Assembly (NCBI GenBank): GCA_965240325.2
Contig: OZ251226.1
Location: 1,302,001-1,366,000, forward strand
Reading direction: 5' to 3'
Length of the DNA stretch: 64,000 nt
From: Rebecca billardiae RCC1528
Taxonomy: Eukaryota; Protista; Haptophyta
Shown: piece after piece, positions 55,701 to 64,000 of the stretch
How the letters are laid out: the number at the start of each line of letters is the position of its first letter
Position numbering within the stretch: position 1 is the stretch's first letter
The notes under the pieces: generated by a model
Told to the model about the DNA's origin: nothing
Databases searched by the model: none
What the model saw: the letters and a program-made list of their open reading frames with translations, nothing else
Translations under genes and position numbers: made by a program

Positions 55701-57444
55701 ACTCGATCTCGTTGCGAGATCCGTGCAGGTCCTTCATGGTGGTGAGCCACGAGAAGTAGACGGCGACGCGCGGCGCCATCTTGAACGTGGAGGCGAGCCG
55801 CTCGATCGCCCAGCTCATCGGCCCGTAGAACTCGTACGGCGCGACGTACACCCAGCAGGTGCACCGGCCGGCGCCGCCGTCCGCGCCGCCGTCCGCCGCG
55901 CCGCCGCCGCCCGCCGCGCCCGAGGCCGCTGCCGGCTCCTCGACGAGCAGGCCGCACAGGTGGGCGAGCGAGCTGAGCTTGGAGCCGCGCGCGTCGCACG
56001 CGCCGTCGAAGGAGGCGCGCACCACGCCGAGCGAGAGGTGCTCGAACGGCAGCCGCGTCTCCGGCAGCTTCATCCGGTCGCGGATCGGCAGGACTTGCTC
56101 CAGGTTGCGCAGGGCTGTCGTGCGCGTGACGGGCGGCATGTGGAAGAGCTCGCGCGTCGCGCGCACGCCCGAGCCGATCATCTCGCGCGCGGAGTGGAGG
56201 AGCTGGGGCAGGCGGATGTTGTCCGGCGGCGCGGATGCCGCCTCGGCCCCCGCCTCAGCGGACGACTCCGCCGCCGGCGCCGCGCGGTAGTAGTTGAAGC
56301 CGATCCACTCAAACCACGCGGCGACGAGAGACGCCTGATGCTCCCACGCGGAAGGCAGCTCGGCGCGCGACGCGCTCAGCTCGACGTGGCGGAGGGTGGA
56401 GTACTTGACGTACGCGCCGAAGCCGGTGTTGGGGAACTCGACGCCCCACTTCTCCTCCAGGTACTTCTTCGTCGAGCGCGCCAGCCGCTCCGACCGCCGG
56501 TACGCGAAGAAGGGCAGGTCGCGCCAGCGCACGTTGCGCGCCCAGATGCGAAACTCGACTCGCGCGGACGGTGTGAACCACACGGTGGTGTTGAGGCAGC
56601 GCAGCGAGATCTGCGAGTCCATGTACTCCATCGTGTACGCGGCGGGCGGGTCGACCACCTGCCGGATGAACTCCGAGCGCAGCAGGAACGCGTGGTCCTC
56701 GAGGAAGTCGCTCTGCGCGCCCTCTGAGAAGTCCTCGCGCTTGCGCTTCGTGCCCGCCGACGCGTCGACCTCGTGCGAGATGAAGAGCACGCCGCTCTCG
56801 CGGCGGCGGAGGTGGAGGTTGGTGTTGATCGTGTGCGCGACGAGCTCGCCCGGGCCCTCCGCCTCGTAGATCTGCGGCGCAGCCGCGGCGTACGCCGGGT
56901 GCGCCTCCAGCGCCGCGTACAGCTCGCCAAGGAAGCGCGGCGCGTCGAGCGGGTACACGTCGTTGTGCATGAACAGCGTGTACGGCGTCTTGACGAGGTC
57001 GGCGGCGCGCTTCCAGCCGTCGAAGGGGTTCGCGAAGGGCTCGAGCTCGAGCACCTGCGCGTTCGGGAACCCCGAGATCGCCTTGCGCACGTCCTCGCGG
57101 TACGCGTCCTCGTCGATCCCGACGGCGCGCGGGTACGTGTAGATCATGTTGATGTTCTGCGGCACGACCTCGGACATGAAGGCGAGCTGCTCCGTGGCCT
57201 GCGAGAGGAAGTCCTTGGCGGAGACGACGACGGTGACGTCACGCGCGAGCACCTCGGCCGAGACCGGCGCGTACGCCGGCGGCATCGCCTCGGGCACGCC
57301 AGGCAGCACGGCGTTGCGCAGCGAGCGGTACACGAGAACCGAGAACGACGGCAGCAGCACGGCCGACCAGGCGAGCTTGTCGGAGAAGCGGGCGGAGAGG
57401 AGGATCGCCGAGAGCAGCACGAAGATCCCCTTCGGCGAGCCCAT
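52795..57444 (-). CDS. GT2-like + membrane + class-III PLP aminotransferase (GSA-aminomutase-like fold) fusion, ~1315 aa
   Basis: Introns 54636-54458, 54221-54025, 53774-53449. GT part: VTVVVS, LFMHNDV, FLEDHAFLLR, DLPFF. Aminotransferase part: DVDGQRLLD, SGTEAV, GAYHGW, LIFDEVYTGFR, YGKTLGGGLP. Confidence 0.88.
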
Positions 57445-57952
57445 GGCGGGCGACGCGGGGGCGCGGGCGCGAGACCCGGGCGTCGGCAAGACGCGTCGGC
57501 TAGTCGGTCGGCTGCCAGAGCCGAGATGCGCGCGCGTGGCAACTCCCTTGCACTCGACTCGTCGTTCAGTGCCTTGCAAAGAGTGCTGGATGTCGACAGC
57601 CGATTGGAGGACGAAGGAATCCTCGTCCCTACAAGCAGAGCGGTCCGGGGCGGGCGGTCGTCGTTTCCAGTTGCTAAAAGTGCGTAGTCGAAAGTTGTAC
57701 GTCCAGTCGTCCACGTGCAAGAGTCCGGCAGTTCTGGACTTTCGGAGCTTTCAACACGACCGGACCCGTCTGCTCACGCACAGGACACAAGCTGTCTCAG
57801 GCTAAGCTACCGTCAGCTCTATTACTAGTACTGTGACCCCAGGTGGGCCTCCGTGACGGGCACATGGGCGCAGCGCGGCCCGGTACTGAACTTAAGAAGA
57901 GCAGCGGCGAGCAAGCCTGCGCGACGGCGCAGCGCGCACCCACCACTGGCCG

Positions 57953-59366
57953 TCACCGCTCAGTCAGCGGCCCACAGCGCAGGGGCGGCAGCTGCACCAC
58001 GCGCTGCGGCCTGCCGGCGCCCACAGCGACCTGAACCGTGAACGCGCCCAACTGTACGCCGCACGTGTGCACATCGCCATCCGCCGTGACGTAGAGGGCG
58101 TGGTATTCGGCGAGTGAGCAGTCGATCACGCGCGCATGCGCGAGGCCCTCCACCCGCTCGGGCAGCGTGCGACGCATTCGCCAACCCAGCCCTAGCTGGC
58201 CATAGACGTTGAACCCACACGCGTGCACGCTGCCGTCCGCGCACACCACCGCGCTGCTGCGAGGGCCCGCGCTGGTGCGCACGGCACGCATGCCACTCAG
58301 TGCCTCGATGCGCACGGGTAGAGACCGATTGGTCCGGTCACCGTGGCCAAGCGCACCATCAACACCGTATCCGAAGGAGTGCACGCCGCCCGCTGCGTCC
58401 ACCACCAGGCTGTGCGCTGAGCCCGACGGCGCGCACGCCCGCGAGCGCCTCGATGCGCCGCGGCGTGCGCTGCCGCAGCGCGTCACAGTGGCCAAGCTGC
58501 CCAACATCGGCGTACCCGCACGAGTACACGGCACCGCACGCCGAGAGCAGCAGCGTGTGCCCAACGCCCGCGGCCACGCCGCCCACGCGCACGCCGTCCA
58601 GCGCCTCGATGCGCGTCGGCTCCAGCCGGTGCTCCGTGTCGCCATGGCCGAGCTTGCCCAAGGTGTTGTCGCCCCAGCTGTACGCTGGGCCAGCAGCCGT
58701 GAGCGCGAGGCTGTGGTAAGCGCCAGCGCCGATGCCGACGACGAGCTCCGCACCCAGCGCCGCCACCTGCACGAACGCCTGGCGCTCAGCCTTGTCGCCC
58801 ACGCCCAGCTGGCCAATCTCATTGCTGCCGCACGCGTACACGGCGCCGGCGTCGCTCAGCGCGAGCAGGTACGCGCGGCCGACAGCCACTGCACGGACGC
58901 GCAGCGACTGCAGCGAGCCCACGCACGTTGGCACGAGCACGCAGGGCTCCCTGCTGCGCTCGGGATGGCCCAGCGGTACGCCGCACGTGTGCACGCCACC
59001 GGCACCGTCGACAAAGGCGGCAAATCTCGTCAGAGAGGATGGACTGGCAGCGGCAGCGTGCGCGTGCGCGTACGCAAGCTCGATCTCGCGCTCGCACCCA
59101 AGCAGCTCCTCCGCCCACGTGCGCGTGCCCGCCGGGAGGGTCGCCGGCAGCGCGGCCTCGTGCCCGCGCGCACGCGCACGCTCGCGCAGAGCGTGCTCGA
59201 GTGGCGCGCCACGGAAGAGGCGAGCGGCGGCGTTGGCGGCGGCGAGATCGCGCGTGCCGTCGAAGTGGATCAGAATGCGCGCGACGAGCTCGGGCGGCAG
59301 GTCGGTCAGCCACACGGCCGCCGCTGCTGAGCGCGCCTTAACACGCGCGCGCGTCGTCGATGGCAT
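57953..59366 (-). pseudogene. F-box-like + RCC1-repeat gene with a frameshift near 58425 (pseudogene or sequence error)
   Basis: LTDLPPELVARIL; repeats GSNEIGQLG, GAYHSL, WGDNTLGKLGHG. The frame switches from ORF 58359-59462 to ORF 57953-58822 (GSAHSLVV). Confidence 0.7.
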
Positions 59367-59948
59367 GCTGTCCGCCGACGCGGCAGCGGAGACACGGATG
59401 GCGGATTGGCGGTTGGCAGTTGGCACTGTCTGGGCAGCGCGCGAAATTGCATCACACATCATTGGTGGCGGCCTTCACCTGAGTCAAGAGTCAAGACAGT
59501 CTCGACTCACAAGAGTCACGACGGTGTCACAAGTCATAATCGTGGATGCCATCCATACGCGGGTAGCGCAGCATCAGCAGCACAGCTTGTAACATCTGAG
59601 TAGCTTAGAGCACTGCACGGGATCTCACGGGCGGCTCCGCCGCGCGACGGTCGGCGACGGCCCCGCAGTGAGGCCGCACGGACTGCGTTACAGTTAATAG
59701 ACAGTGTAGCCAGCGCGCCCGCGGTCAGCACGCCGTGCGCACGTGCCTGACGATCGATATGAGCGAGGTGCTGCCAATGTACCACCGGAGCCTCTCGCCC
59801 GGACCTCCCCATGTCACACGTGGCCCGCGCTGCTGACTCAGCGGTCAGCCGCCTCGCTGAGTCGCTGGCCGCAATGCCGCCGCCTGACAAAGTCAAAGGG
59901 CAAAGCTCAGCCGGTAGGCGCTCGGCAAGCGCGGCTCACGCACACGCA

Positions 59949-60869
59949 TCACTTGGCAGCGACGCGCTTCGGCGCCTCCTTGTTTGCGGGCGCTGCGCCG
60001 CCGCCGCCCGCCATGCGATTCTGCGCGCAGTCAGCCCGGCGCGCCGGGCAGCAGCCGCGGCGCACGTGAGGGCCGTCAGCTCCACAGCCTGTCCTGCGCG
60101 CCTCGCGCCGCCCACGCACAGGCACACAGGCGCGCGCGGGCGCGCACACACCTGCGTCTCCTGGATCTCCTTGAGCGTCTCGGGGTCCATGTTTTGGATC
60201 AGCTTGGGCAGGACGAAGAGCGAGATCACCGAGAACCCCATCGTGAGCATCATCGGGTTGGCGAGCAGCGAGCTCACCTTGAAGCCCTCGCGCTTCTCAA
60301 AGTAGCCGGTGCGGCCGGCGGGCTGCAGCACGAGAGGGTAGGGGAGCGGCTCCTTGTACGTGGCGAGTGCGAAGGCGTGCACGGCGCCGGGCTCGCGCAG
60401 CCCGACATCCAGCTCGAGCTGCGCCCAGCTGCTGTGCGCGTCCACCACCTCAAGCACGTACAGGCCTGGAGGCACGTCATGGCTGCACGCGAATGCACGC
60501 CGGCGCGAGCGCGTGCCGGCGCAGAGCCGTGCAGAGTGCGGGCGTGTCAGTGCGCGCTCGGCGCGCGGAGCACGCGTGGAACGCGCCGCGTGGGACGCAC
60601 ATGACGAAGGTGCCATCCTGCCGCGAGAAGCCCGTGTACGGGCTGCCTTGCAAATGGACCCGCACCGTGCGAGGCGCATCGTCACCTGCGCGCGCGGCAG
60701 ACGCGCAGGGGTCGCGTGAGCTGCGCGGTGCTCGAGAGCGGGGGCTTGGTGAGACTGCTGCACGCATACCGAGCTCGACACGCCCTTCGACCGCCAGTCG
60801 CCTCTCCGCACCCACGTGGACGCCGAGTGCGGCCGCGAGGAGTAGGACGCGCCGCAACCAGGCGGCCAT
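59949..60869 (-). CDS. EMC7: ER membrane protein complex subunit 7 (multi-exon)
   Basis: Signal peptide, DGTFV-HDVPPGLYVLEV, YFEKREGF, LLANPMML, LPKLIQNMDPETLKE. Confidence 0.9.
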
Positions 60870-60979
60870 CGCGCGTCGTCTTTCGATTTATTCCTGATCG
60901 ACGAATAATCGAATATCCTGGCTCGCCGGATTTCTTTTCCGCGAGCGATGCGACGCGCCGCACCCGACCATCAACGAGG

Positions 60980-62086
60980 CAAGGGAGGTCCGGGCCGGGA
61001 GCTCCCAGCGAGCGGCCAGCGCGACATCACCTCAAGGTTTTTTCCTGAGCGCCGGGCGGCAGCGGCGGCGAGGGCGGTGCTCCGCTGGCGGGGCGCGCAC
61101 GGGGCACGGCGCTGCGGGCGCGGATGTGCCCGCAGAGCCGGCGCGTGCGGACGGGCTGTTGCGGGAGAGCATCTGGCGCCCTCCTGCGCCGCGCGCATTG
61201 CGCCACGCCTCTTTCGCCTTGACTCAGGGCAGCGCGCACATGCGCGCCGCGTCAAGGCCAGCCTTGCCGCGCCGCAGCCGACCGCGCGCGCGCCGTGCGC
61301 GGCGTGGTCGGGAAGGAACGGGCGTGGCTGCCGGGCGAGATGGCGACATCACGTGCGCACGCCATGCCGCCCCGCCACGCCTTGACGAGCGTGTCGCCGG
61401 TCCGTTTGCACGCCTCTTCGAGTTGTCTCAAATGGTCTGCACGGCCTCGCGGTCGCGACCCTTGTCGGGACGATCATTGAGACACAGAACAGTGCCAGAC
61501 GGGCACGCGGACTACTCTTACATGAATGTCCATCACCACGTGGCCATGTAGAAGTGCTGGGTGCGACGCTTTCCTCGCGCTGATGCACTTTCATCATCTT
61601 TTTCGAGCTCAGGTCTGGCTTCAGGCACGGCAAGAAATCAGCACTCGTCAACAGCTGTGCGGATCCGTTATCGCGCCCTTTCGCGGCGCCGCGGGACGAC
61701 ATGGCGTGCGCACGTGATGTCGCCATCTCGCCCGGCAGCCGCGCCCGTTCCTTCCCGACCACGCCGCGCACGGCGCGCGTGCGGTCGGCTGCGGCGCGGC
61801 AAGGCTGGCCTTGACGCAGCGCGCATGTGCGCGCTGCCCTGAGTCAAGGCGAAAGAGGCGTGGCGCAATGCGCGCGGCGCAGGAGGGCGCCAGATGCTCT
61901 CCCGCAACAGCCCGTCCGCACGCGCCGGCTCTGCGGACACATCCGCGCCCGCAGCGCCGTGCCCCGTGCGCGCCCCGCCAGCGGAGCACCGCCCTCGCCG
62001 CCGCTGCCGCCCGGCGCTCAGGAAAAAACCTTGAGGTGATGTCGCGCTGGCCGCTCGCTGGGAGCTCCCGGCCCGGACCTCCCTTG
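60980..62086. mobile_element. Foldback non-autonomous DNA transposon with 387-bp TIRs and 7-bp TSD (P/Galileo-like)
   Basis: Arms 60980-61366 and 61700-62086 are near-perfect reverse complements; ends CAAGGG/CCCTTG; AACGAGG on both flanks. Confidence 0.88.
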
Positions 62087-63166
62087 AACGAGGGCAGCAT
62101 CGAGAGCAACGACCATGCGGCATGCGCCGCTCTCCGGTAATCCTGAGGGTCAGATGCGTTTGCCTCTCGCCAGGTGTGCTCAGACGAGCAGAGACTAGGC
62201 GACAATCTCGTCCCTCTGGCAATGGCCGGCTCTGACATGTCGCTCGTCCTTACGAAGCAATGCCCTGGAACTCGGGGCCAGTCACAGACTTGAGTGCATG
62301 CACGAGGTGAGTTCGGTGTGTTCAGTGCGGGTGGTGGAGCGGCGCGGCGTGCAAGGGAACCCGTCTTCTGCTTGTGTCTAGACGAATGCACCCTCTGACG
62401 AACTCACCGAGCACGGGTGCTCCCAAGATTGCAGAGCCGCCATCAGCGAGTCGCGGTCTGCCGCCGCTATGATCGGGCACGCGCGCGCCCGATGCGGCCA
62501 TGTCTCGTTCCGTGGTCGGTTGTGGCCCAAGCCGTGTGCGCACATGTCCTCTTCGTCGGGCTCTCGCGAGGCCTAGTACGCATACAGTGTGGCCCAATAG
62601 TGCAAGCGCCACACGCGTTCTCACGGCGCGGCGCGGAGGCGAGCTGCGTCTGCCGCCGGTCGTCGTTTGAGCGAGATTCGAGCAGATACGCCGAACTCAT
62701 TACTCACCAAATTGAATGGCGCGGTAAAGTTCATAGTTCATACGTTGCTTCTCCAGGTTTCAGACTTCCTGCCCGCCAATCGTATCGGCAGGATCCATCC
62801 GCCCTCTTTTCATCGAGTTTACCCGCGGCTACTTGCGAGCATGATCGTGTAATAATACCTCGGCCGACCAACGGGCAGTCATCACGACAACCTACTAAGG
62901 CGTGATGAAGATTCGCCGTCCACCAAGCGACCACCTCGCCTGCTGGGCGTGAGATGGCGTGAGTGCGTGACGAACGGGCATACAAACTCTCCAAAAGGCG
63001 GTGATGCTGAGAGCGCAACATTGGCTCACAGCAAGGCACCAAGCACGCCCTTCCGCCGGCCCGGTTGGCGGGCGGTCATTTCGATCGGCCGGGTGAGGGT
63101 TACACCCCCGGAGGCTCGGACTTCCCGCGCCCGCAACGGCCGCGGCCGCGCGCGCGCACAGCTAGG

Positions 63167-64000
63167 ATGAGCTCCCCCGGCAAGAGGCGAGAGATGGACG
63201 TGATGAAGCTGTGAGCGCGTCGACACTCACGGAGCGCGCTTCGGGGGGTGCGCCCGTCCGGGGTGCGCACGCCACCCGCTCACGCGGCCTCCCGCGTGGC
63301 TCGCGGACACTGCGTGCTGCAGTATGATGAGCGACTACAACATCTCCCTGGTGGAGGACAATGTGAACGACTTCTATGTCATCTTCCCCGGGCCCAAAGA
63401 GAGTGAGTCGCCGCGTCGCGCGTGGGCGGCGTGCACGCGCTCCGGGCTGACGCGCCGTCGTGCGCGCACGCCTTGCGCACGCGCGCGCGCGCAGGCCCGT
63501 ACGAGGGTGGGCGATGGAAGGTGCACGTGGAGCTGCCCGAAAACTATCCCTACAAGTCGCCGTCCATCGGCTTCTGCAACCGCATCTTCCACCCCAACGT
63601 AGACGAGATGTGAGCGCGCGCGCGCCGCGCTCAGCGCCCTCGGTCGTCCTCGGCGCCGGTCGTGGACGGCGGCCGCGGGAGGAGGGGGAGACGAGGGGGG
63701 TGGGGTAGGATGAAAGGCGGGCGGGAAGCCGCCGCTTGCCCCAGCCCCGGCTCACGCACCCCCGCCTCCGCATCCGCCTCCTCCGCGCCGCGCGCGCGCA
63801 GGTCGGGCTCCGTCTGTCTCGACGTGATTAATCAGACGTGGTCGCCGATGTTCGACCTGCTCAACGTCTTCGAGACGTTCTTGCCGCAGCTGCTGCTCTA
63901 CCCCAACCCGACGGACCCGCTGAACGGCGAGGCGGCCTCTCTGTTGCTCCGCGAGCCCGAGCAGTACAAGGCGAAAGTCAAAGGTGCGCGGCGCGCTGCC
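63167..64000 (+). CDS. UBE2H: Ubiquitin-conjugating enzyme E2 H (Ubc8-like); multi-exon, runs off the window
   Basis: [80 protein letters not shown]. Confidence 0.95.

Overview
Very GC-rich eukaryotic genomic DNA with short GC-rich GT-AG introns and AT-richer intergenic gaps. The style fits a haptophyte-like alga (e.g. Pavlovales); this is inference, not a database result. The window has two halves. (1) ~1-25 kb is an accessory, repeat-rich island. It holds decayed mobile DNA abutting (TA)n/(TATG)n microsatellites, CAAGGG-ended foldback elements and satellites. It also holds intronless genes: three diverged GT-A-fold glycosyltransferase paralogues plus a 3' fragment, a Methyltransf_22-like gene and two Sel1-repeat/MYND paralogues. 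Both the GT pair and the Sel1-MYND pair are gene-sized head-to-head inverted duplications that start almost at the ATG around a 108-140 bp spacer, with variation concentrated at putative specificity positions. This paired-palindrome diversification locus is the best candidate for an undescribed system. (2) ~25-64 kb is gene-dense: UFM1, eIF3h, MDH, EMC7, UBE2H/Ubc8, a RING-CH E3, F-box/RCC1 and an LRR protein. It includes unusual fusions: GT2 + membrane + class-III aminotransferase; tandem (TM-patatin)x2 with one degenerate domain; signal peptide + DUF465-like + CK1-like kinase. All family calls come from motif recognition by eye.
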